Shown: positions 1 to 9,932 of the stretch, one piece after another | Layout of the letters: each line of letters starts with the position of its first letter | How positions within the stretch are numbered: position 1 is the stretch's first letter | The notes under the pieces: model-generated | Told to the model about the DNA's origin: nothing | What the model saw: only the letters and a program-made list of their open reading frames with translations | Databases searched by the model: none | NCBI GenBank assembly: GCA_963422735.1 | Contig: OY730476.1 | Coordinates: 1,856,001 to 1,920,000, forward strand | Direction of reading: 5' to 3' | DNA length: 64,000 nt | DNA from: Candidatus Latescibacterota bacterium | GTDB taxonomy: Bacteria > Latescibacterota > UBA2968 > UBA8231 | Made by a program: the position numbers and the translations under genes

Positions 1-477
1 GAAGCCCGTGCCAATCAGGGCACGGGATAGCTGATTGCACTCGCTGGCCTGGATGGCGCGACCGTTGAGCCAAGCACCCGCACCGCGCCGGGCGGTAAAG
101 GTCTCTTCGACAAACGGGCAGCGCACCACCCCGGCTTGCACTTGGCCGCCTTCGGCAAAGGCAATGGACACGGCTACTTGGTGCTGGTTATAGGCGTAGT
201 TGACGGTGCCGTCAATCGGATCGACGATCCACAAGGGGCCGTGCAGCCGAGCGGGATCCGCGATGTCAGGTGAAGACTCTTCGGAGAGGATACAGTGGTC
301 GGGGAAGGTCTTTTCGATCTCGCCGCGGATGAGCTGGTCGGACTGCAAGTCGGCCGACGTCAACAACTCAATTCCTTCCTTGTAACTCAGATCCAGCGCC
401 CGGTCCGCCCGTGCTTTGGCAATTAGCACCCCAGCGCACCGGGCAAGGTCTTCGGCAAATTCGAGTACCTCGCTCAA
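1..477 (-). CDS. Inositol monophosphatase family protein (runs off window edge)
   Basis: Manual translation from TTG 477 (overlapping the upstream stop): MSEVLEFAEDLARCAG...LSEES...WIVDPIDGTVNYA, the IMPase DPIDGT motif; absent from ORF track. Confidence 0.9.
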   Translation of the reverse strand, partial: MSEVLEFAEDLARCAGVLIAKARADRALDLSYKEGIELLTSADLQSDQLIRGEIEKTFPDHCILSEESSPDIADPARLHGPLWIVDPIDGTVNYAYNQHQVAVSIAFAEGGQVQAGVVRCPFVEETFTARRGAGAWLNGRAIQASECNQLSRALIGTGF

Positions 478-1610
478 CAGTGCGCCCCCAACTCCATTGG
501 ATACGGCGACAGATTCTCCAAGCCGTCTTCGGTGATCAAGTACATGTTTTCCAGCCGCACCCCCGCCCGCGCCTCGGGGATATAGGCCCCCGGCTCGACC
601 GAGACCACATTGCCCACGCGCAAGGTGCCGCCGCGCTCCTTGTTGAGATCGGGCATTTGGTGCGCCCGTAGGCCGATGTTGTGCCCGGCGTGGTGGACCA
701 AGCCGGCGTCGGCCAGTTTGGGATGCTCGCGGATATAGGCGTTCATGGCCACCGCGCATTCGCGGCCGTCCTTGCCAGGCCGCAAATACTCGCCGACGCA
801 ATTGTGAAAGCCCTTGACGTGTTCAAAGACGGACTGCTGCACCTCGGTCGGCTCGCCCACCGCAAAGCTGCGGCACAAATCCGCCCAATAGCCGCGGTAC
901 ACCGACCAAGCATCGATGACGTAGATCTCTCCGGCTTCAATCGGGCGATTGCGCGCAAAACCGCCCAACTCGCCGCACTGATAGTCGCCGTCGTGGAAAA
1001 CCTTCTCACCGGCCGCAAGATGCGCTGCTCGCTGCGCCGCCGCTAATACCTCCAGCTCATTTACGCCCGGAGCGATCGCCGCTTCCGCCGCAGCGTAGGC
1101 TGCCAAATCAACCTGCACTACCTTGCGCAACAGCTCGATTTCGTCGGGATCCTTGACCTCCTGCATGTCGGCGAGCAAATCATCGACTGCGACCCATGCA
1201 GGCGTTTTGCCTAGCCCTTCTTCGACCGCCTGTCCCAAGCGACGCGGCAAAAACTCGCTCTGCCAGCCCAAGCGGCCAGCCGCCGGTTTTTTGCCCCACA
1301 GCGCATCGACGATTAGCCCGCTTATCGCTTCGCGCAGGTCGGGCGTGATCGTACCGCCGACGTTGAAGGAAAAGGTGAAGCACTCGTCGGCGCACGGCTC
1401 GCCTTCGTCGGTATGAACGATCAACAAAGACCGCCCATCGGCCCCCAGCCAAAAGAGCGCCGGCGGGCCGGGGAATTCCTCGGGGATGATGATCCCGGTG
1501 AAGTAGTAGATTTCCTTAGGGTGATTGATCACGGCCGCGTCGATGTCGAGTTCAGCCAGCCGCTCACACAGGCGTTGCTGCCGCGTACGGCATCCTTGTT
1601 TGGTTAGCAT
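474..1610 (-). CDS. Xaa-Pro peptidase, M24 family
   Basis: Creatinase-like N-domain; metal-site motifs GYWADLCRSF, HHAGHNIGL, SVEPGAY, GVRLEN. Confidence 0.9.
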   Translation of the reverse strand: MLTKQGCRTRQQRLCERLAELDIDAAVINHPKEIYYFTGIIIPEEFPGPPALFWLGADGRSLLIVHTDEGEPCADECFTFSFNVGGTITPDLREAISGLIVDALWGKKPAAGRLGWQSEFLPRRLGQAVEEGLGKTPAWVAVDDLLADMQEVKDPDEIELLRKVVQVDLAAYAAAEAAIAPGVNELEVLAAAQRAAHLAAGEKVFHDGDYQCGELGGFARNRPIEAGEIYVIDAWSVYRGYWADLCRSFAVGEPTEVQQSVFEHVKGFHNCVGEYLRPGKDGRECAVAMNAYIREHPKLADAGLVHHAGHNIGLRAHQMPDLNKERGGTLRVGNVVSVEPGAYIPEARAGVRLENMYLITEDGLENLSPYPMELGAHC

Positions 1611-1627
1611 AATCGCGTCTCCTCTTT

Positions 1628-1903
1628 TTAGCTAGTTAAATCTTCTCTACAGTAGCGGCACTTGACTGCTTCCGTTTTTATCAGTTCAGCACAGTATGGA
1701 CACTTTTTCATGTCACCACCTTGAATAGACTTTTTCTCAACCTCTTCCTGATTTTTAGGAACGACTCAAGCCAGAATAACACCAAAGGGACCAAATAACG
1801 CGCCGAGTGCAAACCAACCACAACCGCTTCGTCCTTTATTGGTGGCAACTACCGCGCCGATAATCCCGCATAGAATCCATATTAGAATCCATTCCATTGA
1901 CAT
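1628..1903 (-). pseudogene. Small membrane protein with C-terminal zinc ribbon, interrupted by in-frame TGA
   Basis: MSMEWILIWILCGIIGAVVATNKGRSGCGWFALGALFGPFGVILA*VVP...[20 protein letters not shown]; TGA at 1766-1768; AGGAAAGGA RBS; AT-richer than neighbours. Confidence 0.8.
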
Positions 1904-2029
1904 TTCCTTTCCTAGTGTTCAGTGCTCCATAATAGCCAACCGCATCGCCCCTGAAAAGCAACCGCCGCCTTGAGTCACCCGCTAGCCACTCCGTATATTC
2001 TCAACCCATTCCCAAACGAAAGTGCATCT

Positions 2030-3202
2030 ATGATTCCGATCCGACTCATTCTGGCCCCTTGTCTGTTCCTCGCCCCGATCCCAGCACTGAGCGAAAATTT
2101 CCACGGCTTCGACCCAGCGACCTACGACGGACTGATGCTCCCACCGGCAGTGCTCCAGGCAATGGCCGCCGAGGCCGCGCAACACTCGCCTCCAAAAAAC
2201 GGCAAAGCCCTAGTCTTTGGCTTCGCTAACCTACAGCGCGACATTAGCTTTGGCATCAAGGTCGAAAAAAGCATCGAGCGCAATGCCGAGGCTGCCGGCA
2301 TCGAACTGCTGATCGCCGACAACCGGCTCGACGGGCCGACCGCTTTGGCCAACGCCGAGAGCTTTGCCCGGCGCCAAGTTGACTTCTGCATCGAGTTCCA
2401 AACCGACGTCAATTTCGGTCCGGCGATCATGCAGCACTTCAACCGCAAGCAGATCGGCGTGGTCGCCATCGACATCCCCATGCCGGGTGCCACCTACTTT
2501 GGGGCCAACAACCCCCGCTCGGGCTTTATGGGCGGCTCCTATCTGGCGCAGGCGGCCACAGTGCGCTTTGGCGACCGAGCACTCAAAGAGGGGTATTTCG
2601 TCGTCGGCGAACTGCCGCAGTCGGGCGCGATCCCGGCCATGCGCACCGAGGGTCAGATCGCCGGCTTCCTCGCCTCGCTGCCCGGCTTCCCCCCCGAGCG
2701 CATCATCCGCATCGACACCAAAAACACGCTGCAGTACTCCTTCCAACAGATGAGCAACGCGCTCGGCCGCATCCCCCAAGGTGCGCCGATCCTGATCACC
2801 GCCATCAACGACCAGTCGGTCTCCGGCATGTTGCGCGCTGTGCAGCAGCAGGGGCGCGGCCAAGACGCACTGGTCGTCGGCAAGGGAGCCGACGAACTGG
2901 AGACAATGGTCGCCGAGGAGCACTTCATCGCCTCGGTCGCCTATTTCCCCGAGCGCTACGGCAACTATCTCATCCCGCTGAGCCTGATGCGCTTAGCGGG
3001 CCGCGATGTGCCGCCGGCGATTTCGGTCAACCACGTGATGATCAGCCCGGCCAACATCTGTCAATTCTATCCCGAATACGAATGCCAAGGCGAGTTAGGC
3101 TTCGCCTACGTCTTCCCGCAAGAAGCCTTTGTCGCACACTTGGCCGCTCTCAAGGACAAGCCCGAACTCGCCGGCTACGAGCAGTTAATCCCCAACCACT
3201 AA
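2030..3202 (+). CDS. Sugar ABC transporter substrate-binding protein (RbsB-like)
   Basis: Signal peptide, periplasmic binding protein type 1 motifs (VVAIDIP, GANN), first gene of ABC operon. Confidence 0.85.
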   Translation: MIPIRLILAPCLFLAPIPALSENFHGFDPATYDGLMLPPAVLQAMAAEAAQHSPPKNGKALVFGFANLQRDISFGIKVEKSIERNAEAAGIELLIADNRLDGPTALANAESFARRQVDFCIEFQTDVNFGPAIMQHFNRKQIGVVAIDIPMPGATYFGANNPRSGFMGGSYLAQAATVRFGDRALKEGYFVVGELPQSGAIPAMRTEGQIAGFLASLPGFPPERIIRIDTKNTLQYSFQQMSNALGRIPQGAPILITAINDQSVSGMLRAVQQQGRGQDALVVGKGADELETMVAEEHFIASVAYFPERYGNYLIPLSLMRLAGRDVPPAISVNHVMISPANICQFYPEYECQGELGFAYVFPQEAFVAHLAALKDKPELAGYEQLIPNH

Positions 3203-3203
3203 C

Positions 3204-4742
3204 ATGGGCCATACCGCACCCTTGTTGCAGATGGCAGACATCTGCAAATCCTTTGGCCGCGCCCAAGTCCTGCGCGAGGTCGATCTCTGCTTGGAAGCCG
3301 GGGAGGTCTTAGCGCTGCTGGGTGCCAACGGGGCGGGTAAATCCACTTTAGTAAAAATCCTCTGCGGCGTGTACCGCCGCGACGCCGGCACCATCCGCTG
3401 CGATGGCCAAGCGGTGCGCTACGACCGGCCCGAAGAGGCCATCGCCCATGGCGTCCGCTTCTTGCCGCAGGAAGTATCGGTCTTGCCCGACCTCACGGTC
3501 GCCGAAAACATCCTCATCGCCGACTTGCCGCTCAAACGCTCGTGGCTTGGCAAAGAAGTGGACCGCACAGCACTTCGCGCCAAAGCGCGGGCACTGCTCG
3601 ACCGGCTCGGCTGCGACCTCGATCCCGACGCGCCAGTACACCAGCTTTCCGCACCGCACAAGCGCCTAGTAGAAATCGCTCGCGCCCTCGCCGGACAAGC
3701 GCGAATCATCGTCATGGATGAACCAACTGCCGCTCTTGCCGACCGCGAGGTTCAAGCACTTTTTGCCGTGGTCGAGCGGCTCAAGGCACAGCAGATCGGC
3801 ATCATCTATATCTCCCACTACCTCGACGAGGTCTTCGAGATCGCCGACCGCATCACCGTGCTCCGCGACGGGTTAAACGCCGGCGATTTCGCCACTGCCG
3901 CTGCTTCGCGGCGCGATCTTTCCGCCGCCAGCATTGGCGAAGCAGTTCTCGACGCCATGCTCGGCACCACTGTTGACGAACTCTACCCGCCGCGAGGCGC
4001 AAGCACCGGCGAGATCGCGCTGGAGGTAGAAAATTTGAGCCTGCCCGGCGCACTCGACAGCGTGTCCTTTGCGCTCCACCGCGGCGAGATCCTCGGCGTC
4101 TTCGGTCTGCTCGGCTCGGGGATCGACCGGCTCGGCCGGGCCATCTACGGCGCACTGGGTCCGCTGCCCAACGCACGCATTGCGCTCGGGGGTGCGCCCT
4201 ATATCCCGACCAACCCGCGCCGGGGCCGCGACGCTGGCATTGGTTTTGTCGCGGCCGAACGCCAGCGCGAGGGCATTGTCCCCGACCTCGGCGTCCGTGC
4301 CAATATCACCCTGCCTTTTATCGACCGCTTCGCGCGCTTGTTCTCGGTGTCCAAGCCGCGCGAAGCAAGCCACGCGCAAAGCTGGGTTGACCGCTTTGGG
4401 ATTCGCGCCGCTCACCTCGACCAACCGCTGCGCCTGCTCTCGGGCGGCAACCAGCAGAAGGCCTGCTTGGCCCGCTGGTTGGTCGAAGACCTGGCAGTAC
4501 TCATCCTCGAAGAGCCGACCCGAGGCGTGGACTTGGGTGCCCGCCACGAGATCTACTTGGCGCTGCGGCAGTGGACCCGACAAGGGCTTGCCGTACTCTT
4601 GATTTCCTCTGACGCCGAAGAAGTCGCCGGCGTCTGCGACCATTCCATTGTACTCGACCGCGGTCGGGTGTCCAGCCGTTTTTCCGGCGTCGCGGCCCCG
4701 GCCGACCTGCTCCACACCCCGACCGCGAAAGTCCCTCAATGA
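3204..4742 (+). CDS. Sugar ABC transporter ATP-binding protein (RbsA/MglA-like, two ABC domains)
   Basis: GANGAGKSTL, MDEPTAAL, LSGGNQQK, EEPTRGVD. Confidence 0.95.
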   Translation: MGHTAPLLQMADICKSFGRAQVLREVDLCLEAGEVLALLGANGAGKSTLVKILCGVYRRDAGTIRCDGQAVRYDRPEEAIAHGVRFLPQEVSVLPDLTVAENILIADLPLKRSWLGKEVDRTALRAKARALLDRLGCDLDPDAPVHQLSAPHKRLVEIARALAGQARIIVMDEPTAALADREVQALFAVVERLKAQQIGIIYISHYLDEVFEIADRITVLRDGLNAGDFATAAASRRDLSAASIGEAVLDAMLGTTVDELYPPRGASTGEIALEVENLSLPGALDSVSFALHRGEILGVFGLLGSGIDRLGRAIYGALGPLPNARIALGGAPYIPTNPRRGRDAGIGFVAAERQREGIVPDLGVRANITLPFIDRFARLFSVSKPREASHAQSWVDRFGIRAAHLDQPLRLLSGGNQQKACLARWLVEDLAVLILEEPTRGVDLGARHEIYLALRQWTRQGLAVLLISSDAEEVAGVCDHSIVLDRGRVSSRFSGVAAPADLLHTPTAKVPQ

Positions 4743-5692
4743 GTATCGCCGCCTTATTGAACCGCCCCGGCGCGGGCGTCGTCTTGTTATTAATATTCTA
4801 CCTCTTGGTCGCCGTGCTCTTCAGCATACTCTCGCCTTGGTTTTTATCGTTCGACAATATGATGAGCATCGGCGCCAATATGGCCTTTATCGGCTTGATG
4901 TGCGCGTTGCAAACACCGCTGATCATCGCCGGGGGGCTCGATCTGTCGGTGGCGGCAGTGGCCGGGCTAGCCGGGGTCGTCGTTGCGCTGCTCCACGCTG
5001 CAGGCGTCGGCATTGTCGCCGCCTGTCTCGTCGCGCTGGCACTGGGCGGGGGCATCGGGCTGCTCAACGGTCTGTTGGCCGTGCGCCTAGGACTCAATCC
5101 GCTGATCGCCACCATGGGCACGATGAGCGTCATCGGGGGGCTGGCCCTAGTCCTGACTGGCGGGCTGACCAAGCCGCTGATGGAACCCGGTTTCAACTGG
5201 ATCGGCAGCGGTCAGCTTTTGCGGCTACCAGTGCCGCTGGTGCTGATGCTGCTGGTTTATATCGCGCTTGGCTGGGTACTCGCGCGGACCCGCTTTGGCC
5301 GCTTCGTCTATGCGGCCGGCAGCAACGCCGAAGCCAGCCGGCTGGTCGGCGTCCCGGTCGCCCGCACCCTGATTTTCCTCTATGTCCTCTCCGGCCTCAG
5401 CGGAGCGGTCAGCGGTCTAATGCTGGCGGCGATGCTCTACGCAGCCGCACCCGACGCGGCGGGACAGCATTTGTTGACGGTAATCGCCGCCGTGATCTTG
5501 GGCGGCACGAGTCTCTTTGGGGGGCGCGGTACGGTATGGGGCACCTTGTTGGCAGTGCTCTTGCTCGGCACCCTCAACAACGGGCTGACGCTGATGGATG
5601 TGTCTAGCTTCTGGCAGGATGTAACGCGCGGCTCAGTGCTCCTGTTGGCCGTCGGCCTCGACCAAATTCGAACCCGTGCCGCAGGCACTTAG
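4739..5692 (+). CDS. Sugar ABC transporter permease (RbsC-like)
   Basis: GLDLSV, TRFGR..YAAGSN, IAAVILGGTSLFGGRG. Confidence 0.95.
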   Translation: MSIAALLNRPGAGVVLLLIFYLLVAVLFSILSPWFLSFDNMMSIGANMAFIGLMCALQTPLIIAGGLDLSVAAVAGLAGVVVALLHAAGVGIVAACLVALALGGGIGLLNGLLAVRLGLNPLIATMGTMSVIGGLALVLTGGLTKPLMEPGFNWIGSGQLLRLPVPLVLMLLVYIALGWVLARTRFGRFVYAAGSNAEASRLVGVPVARTLIFLYVLSGLSGAVSGLMLAAMLYAAAPDAAGQHLLTVIAAVILGGTSLFGGRGTVWGTLLAVLLLGTLNNGLTLMDVSSFWQDVTRGSVLLLAVGLDQIRTRAAGT

Positions 5693-5812
5693 GAAGCGTT
5701 CTTACAACTCGCCGGGTGGCATAGTGGCTAGGTTGCGCCTAAAGGTGCGGTGAAACCCTGTACCGAAGGGGAACGAATCACTAAGCTGGCACGGGAATTT
5801 TGAGAACGCTTC
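5693..5812. mobile_element. MITE-like element with GAAGCGTTCT terminal inverted repeats
   Basis: Left GAAGCGTTCTTACAACTC, right GAATTTTGAGAACGCTTC; flanked by TAG (permease stop) and TAA; same ends at 27337-27482. Confidence 0.65.
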
Positions 5813-5821
5813 TAAGCGGAT

Positions 5822-6679
5822 TCACTTAGGGTTATCAACCGTATCGCCCTGCCGGTACGAGCCCAAGATGCGGACGAATTCGGTGGTCTCCGGCAGGTGC
5901 TCCACGGCTTGGGCACAAGCCGCCTGCCCCAAATGGCCCTCCAAATCGAGATAGAAGACGTATTCCCAAGGACGCTCGGGCATGGGCCGCGACTCGATTT
6001 TGAGCAGGTTGATGCCGCGCTCGGCAAAGGTTGCAAGGCTCTGGCACAACGCGCCGGGCACGTGCTTTAGCCCAAAGACGAGCGTAGTCTTGGCTGGCGC
6101 GGCCGGCGCTGGCGCGGCGCGACGGTTCACCACCAAAAAGCGGGTAAAATTGTGCGGAGCGTCCTCAATGCTAGGGACGAGGATCTCCAGCCCGTACGCG
6201 GCGGCCGCTCGCGCTCCGGCGATGGCCCCTCGATCCCGTGCGCCGCTAGCGGCCAAGTCTTTGACCGCTCCGGCCGTATCATCCGCTGCTATCGTCTGAG
6301 TGCCTGCCAACGAGTGGATGAAGCGGGTGCATTGAGCCAAGGCGGGCGGCTGCGACGCGATGTAGCGGATGTCCGCTAGCTGTACGCCTCGATTGACGAT
6401 GAGGTTGTGGACGATGCGCAGCTTGATTTCGCCGACGATGTGTACATCGCTCTGTAGCAGTAGGTCGTAGTTCTCGTGGATACTGCCCATCAGCGAGTTC
6501 TCGATAGGCACTATTCCGCAAGCGCAAGACCCGTCTTCCACCGAGGCGAAAAGTGCCTTGAAATCGGGCTGTGACACCAGTTGTGCCTCTTGAGAAAAAT
6601 AGGCCCGTGCCGCCGCCTCGCTAAACGACCCGGCGTATCCTTGGATGGCCACAGGTCCGCATGTCTCTGTTCGTTTCAT
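5822..6679 (-). CDS. pheA: Prephenate dehydratase
   Basis: GSFSEAAA, VPIENS, HNFTRFL, ACT domain LLKIESRP..WEYVFYLD. Confidence 0.95.
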   Translation of the reverse strand: MKRTETCGPVAIQGYAGSFSEAAARAYFSQEAQLVSQPDFKALFASVEDGSCACGIVPIENSLMGSIHENYDLLLQSDVHIVGEIKLRIVHNLIVNRGVQLADIRYIASQPPALAQCTRFIHSLAGTQTIAADDTAGAVKDLAASGARDRGAIAGARAAAAYGLEILVPSIEDAPHNFTRFLVVNRRAAPAPAAPAKTTLVFGLKHVPGALCQSLATFAERGINLLKIESRPMPERPWEYVFYLDLEGHLGQAACAQAVEHLPETTEFVRILGSYRQGDTVDNPK

Positions 6680-6683
6680 AGGC

Positions 6684-7316
6684 TCACGCGCTCAATTCTT
6701 CTGCACGGGCTAGTTTGAGCCTTTGCTGGTCGTACTCCTTTTTCCATTTCACATAGCCAAAGACGATGATAATTAGATACGCGACGAACAACAAAGCGGT
6801 CAGGTACAGCCCTCGGCTGTAGTAGAGATAAACCGAGACGCTGTCGATGACAAACCAGTACGCCCAATTCTCCAAAATTTTCTTTGTCACCATATAGGTC
6901 GTCACCACCGCATACCAAGTGGTGAAGGCATCGACATAAGGCAATGCCGCCTCTGTGTTTTCGCTCAAAAGGTACCCGGACGTCACCACAATGGCCCCCG
7001 TCGCAGCGATGACCACACTGTGCTTTTTGAGCGACCAAGTAGAAATGGGCAGTGTTGAGGATTGATCGGTGGGCCGCCGCCATTGGTACCAGCCATAAAC
7101 CGCCATGGCTAGGTAGTAAATTTGTAGGGCTGATTCTAGAAACAGGTTGACATCGAAGAAGACGTAGATGTAAATCGCGGTACTGGCGAAAGCCGCTCCC
7201 CAACACCAGATGTTCTCTCGCGCCGCCAAGACCAAGTAGAGAATGGCCAAGACGACTGCCGGCACCTCCCACCAAGAGGTCAGTTCTAGCTCTTGGAGTA
7301 TGGCAAGGGGTTCCAT
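6684..7316 (-). CDS. pnuC: Nicotinamide riboside / B-vitamin transporter, PnuC family
   Basis: ARENIWCW, YGWYQW, PYVDAFTT, KILENWAYW motifs; hydrophobic. Confidence 0.9.
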   Translation of the reverse strand: MEPLAILQELELTSWWEVPAVVLAILYLVLAARENIWCWGAAFASTAIYIYVFFDVNLFLESALQIYYLAMAVYGWYQWRRPTDQSSTLPISTWSLKKHSVVIAATGAIVVTSGYLLSENTEAALPYVDAFTTWYAVVTTYMVTKKILENWAYWFVIDSVSVYLYYSRGLYLTALLFVAYLIIIVFGYVKWKKEYDQQRLKLARAEELSA

Positions 7317-7455
7317 TTTATATGCACCAGCGTTCTGCGGGCATGTTATTGCCCTTTGTGCGGTTGCGCTTGTAAGCCTTGCACGCCTCGCGGGTTCTGC
7401 CTATCAGTATATCGCATCAGCTTACTATCTAAATTGCAATCAACGGGAGTGCTCC

Positions 7456-8247
7456 ATGCATCAGATCACCGACGCCCAAAAGCAGCAATTCAAAGAAGAG
7501 GGCTATTTTGTCCTCGAAAACGCCATCCCCGCTCATCACCTCAACCTCCTGCGCGGCGAGTGCCAAGCCTTCATCGACAAAGCCAACGCCCAGATGGACG
7601 CCGAGGGCACGGATACCTTGGGCCTCAATCACCGCAACAGCCGCTACTTTGTCTCCAATTGCTTCCGCGAGCAGCCGCGTCTGCGCGAATTTCTCTTCAG
7701 CTCCCTAATGGCCGAAATTTGCCAAGCCACTCTAGGCGACGACGCCTACTTGTTCTGGGAGCAATATGTGGTCAAAGGTGCCGAGGCCGGCATGAAGTTC
7801 TCCTGGCACCAAGACTCAGGCTACGTCGGCTACCCGGATCACAAGCCATATTTAACCTGTTGGTGCGCCCTCGACGACATGTCCGAGGCTAATGGCACCG
7901 TCCACTTGCTACCTTTTTCGCGCTCGGGCATTCGCTCTTGGGTCAAGCACATCCGCGACGAGGGAAGCAACGATTTGATTGGCTATTTCGGCAGCGACCC
8001 CGGCATCTCGGTCGTCGCCCCGGCCGGCAGCATTGCCGTCTTCACTAGCTATAACTTCCATTCCAGTGGCACCAACACCACCAACCAGATGCGCCGCGTG
8101 TATTTGGCCCAGTACTCCTGCGAGCCGCTGACCTCGGCAGACGGCAGTAAACTCTGGGGGAATGCCGAGCCTTTTCTCAAGAAGGGTAAACGGGTCGGGC
8201 CGTCGTCCGAGCTCACCAAGTCCGCTCCTCGAGCAGCTCTTGGATAG
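7456..8247 (+). CDS. Phytanoyl-CoA dioxygenase (PhyH) family Fe/2OG dioxygenase
   Basis: FKEEGYFVLEN, WHQDSGY (HxD), later H in FHSSG, RR; start at MHQITD after GGGAG. Confidence 0.9.
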   Translation: MHQITDAQKQQFKEEGYFVLENAIPAHHLNLLRGECQAFIDKANAQMDAEGTDTLGLNHRNSRYFVSNCFREQPRLREFLFSSLMAEICQATLGDDAYLFWEQYVVKGAEAGMKFSWHQDSGYVGYPDHKPYLTCWCALDDMSEANGTVHLLPFSRSGIRSWVKHIRDEGSNDLIGYFGSDPGISVVAPAGSIAVFTSYNFHSSGTNTTNQMRRVYLAQYSCEPLTSADGSKLWGNAEPFLKKGKRVGPSSELTKSAPRAALG

Positions 8248-9094
8248 CAGCACGCGGGACGGGCAACTCGTCGATGTGGCTCTCTAGCCAGCGCGAAAAG
8301 TCCTCTTCAATGGGATCCGACCAGCGGGTATCGATCTGGCCGGGCGTGTATTTGCCCTCGGCTAGACGCTGTTTGCCAAAGCGGTCGCGGAGCGCGATTA
8401 GCTCGGAGGTCTTGACCACCTGTTCGGCTATATGAGGCGGTATGAAGACGACGCCATCGTCGCGGCCGAGGACTACGTCGCCGGGCAGGACCGTGGCACC
8501 GCCGATGCGCACCGGGCAGTTGACCCCGGCCAGCATGATGGTGGGGGAGGCAAAGGTGGGGTGAAAGCCGCGCACGAAACTGGTGAAATCGGGCAGCTCT
8601 TGGATGCCGTCGATATCGCGGACGGCTGCGTCGTGTACCACTCCGTTGCCCGAATTAGCGTAGATGGCGGTGGCGAGGTTGTCGCCAATGACAGCGCCTT
8701 GGTCAATTTTGCCGAATACGTCGGCTACGTACACATCCCCGGGCACCAGCATGTCAATGGGCCACGAGATCTGGTCGCCAATGCAGCCGGCCCGCTCCCC
8801 TTTTGCTTCCATGACCCGACGCATGACGGGCCGCCGCGGCAGGTACGCGGCCGTCAGAGCGCGGCCCACCAGCACTTGGCCGGGATGCGTGCAAATCCAG
8901 CCGTCTTCGTACTGCCAGTTGTAGCCGGGGCCGCGCAAGACGCCCCAAGCTTGGGTAATGCTGACGTTGTGCATGCGCGCGAGGATGTCGTCGGGCACCT
9001 TGGGGCGACCGTCGGCAAAGCGCTCGCCCTGCCACTGTGGGGTGTACTCGATTAGCTCTTCTGGGGACATGTTCAAAGGGGCAAATTTTTCCAT
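8213..9094 (-). CDS. RraA / HMG aldolase family protein
   Basis: GRALTAAYLP, IGDNLA, AVRDIDGI, VRIGGATVLPGDVVLGRDDGVVFIP. Confidence 0.85.
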   Translation of the reverse strand: MEKFAPLNMSPEELIEYTPQWQGERFADGRPKVPDDILARMHNVSITQAWGVLRGPGYNWQYEDGWICTHPGQVLVGRALTAAYLPRRPVMRRVMEAKGERAGCIGDQISWPIDMLVPGDVYVADVFGKIDQGAVIGDNLATAIYANSGNGVVHDAAVRDIDGIQELPDFTSFVRGFHPTFASPTIMLAGVNCPVRIGGATVLPGDVVLGRDDGVVFIPPHIAEQVVKTSELIALRDRFGKQRLAEGKYTPGQIDTRWSDPIEEDFSRWLESHIDELPVPRAAIQELLEERTW

Positions 9095-9134
9095 AGCAGT
9101 GCTTCTCTTCGTTGAAGTTTGCGCGGAGCCTTCC

Positions 9135-9929
9135 CTACTTTCCCTTCCACACCGGTTTCCGCTTCTCGGTGAATGCCTTCGGCCCTTCGACAAAGTCGTC
9201 CGACTCATACACGCACTCGGCCAGTGGAAAGCGCGTGTTGACCGCCTCCCACAAAGGCAGTTCCAACCCCCGCACAGCCGCCTCTTTCCCCGCCTGCAAG
9301 GCTAGGGGCGCACACGCCAAAATCGCCTCCACCCACTGCTCTGCGGCCGCTTGCAGGCCCTCGGCTGGCACCACTTGGTTGACTAACCCAATCCGCCGCG
9401 CTTCCTCCGCCGATATGAATTCTCCGGTCAGTATAAGCTGCATGGCAGCACTCCACGGCAGCAGCCGGATCAGCTTGTGGATGCCCCCGGCGTCGGCCAG
9501 CAACCCGCGCCGTGCCTCGGGCAATCCCAATTGCGCATGCTCGGCCGCCACCACCAAGTCGCACCCTAAGACCAGCTCCAACCCGCCGCCCACTGCATAG
9601 CCATTGACCACGGCCAAAAGCGGCTTATAGCAATCGCGGCCCCGCTGGAAACCCCGCACGGCCCCGCTGACCTCGGCGCGGTTGTGGCTGCGCGCTTCCT
9701 CGCCTGCTTCAGCCCGCCACTTCAGGTCTGAACCAGCGCAAAACGCTCGTGCGCCACTGCCGGTCAAAACCCCAACCCATACGCTGTCATCGTCGCGGAT
9801 TCGCTCCCAAGCGTCGGCCAACTCCTCGGCCATGGGAGGGTGTATGGCGTTGAGAACCTCGGGGCGGTTGAGGGTGACCGTGGCGACGTGGTCGCGCTGT
9901 TCGTAGAGGATGAATTCGTAGTGGGCCAT
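9135..9929 (-). CDS. Enoyl-CoA hydratase/isomerase (crotonase, CaiD-like)
   Basis: TLNRPEVLNA, FCAGSDLK, VNGYAVGGGLEL, GLPE. Confidence 0.93.
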   Translation of the reverse strand: MAHYEFILYEQRDHVATVTLNRPEVLNAIHPPMAEELADAWERIRDDDSVWVGVLTGSGARAFCAGSDLKWRAEAGEEARSHNRAEVSGAVRGFQRGRDCYKPLLAVVNGYAVGGGLELVLGCDLVVAAEHAQLGLPEARRGLLADAGGIHKLIRLLPWSAAMQLILTGEFISAEEARRIGLVNQVVPAEGLQAAAEQWVEAILACAPLALQAGKEAAVRGLELPLWEAVNTRFPLAECVYESDDFVEGPKAFTEKRKPVWKGK

Positions 9930-9932
9930 GAC

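Noticed and set aside
7317-7455. Riboswitch upstream of pnuC
   Set aside because: Short divergent intergenic region with no recognisable TPP, FMN or NAD-type motif
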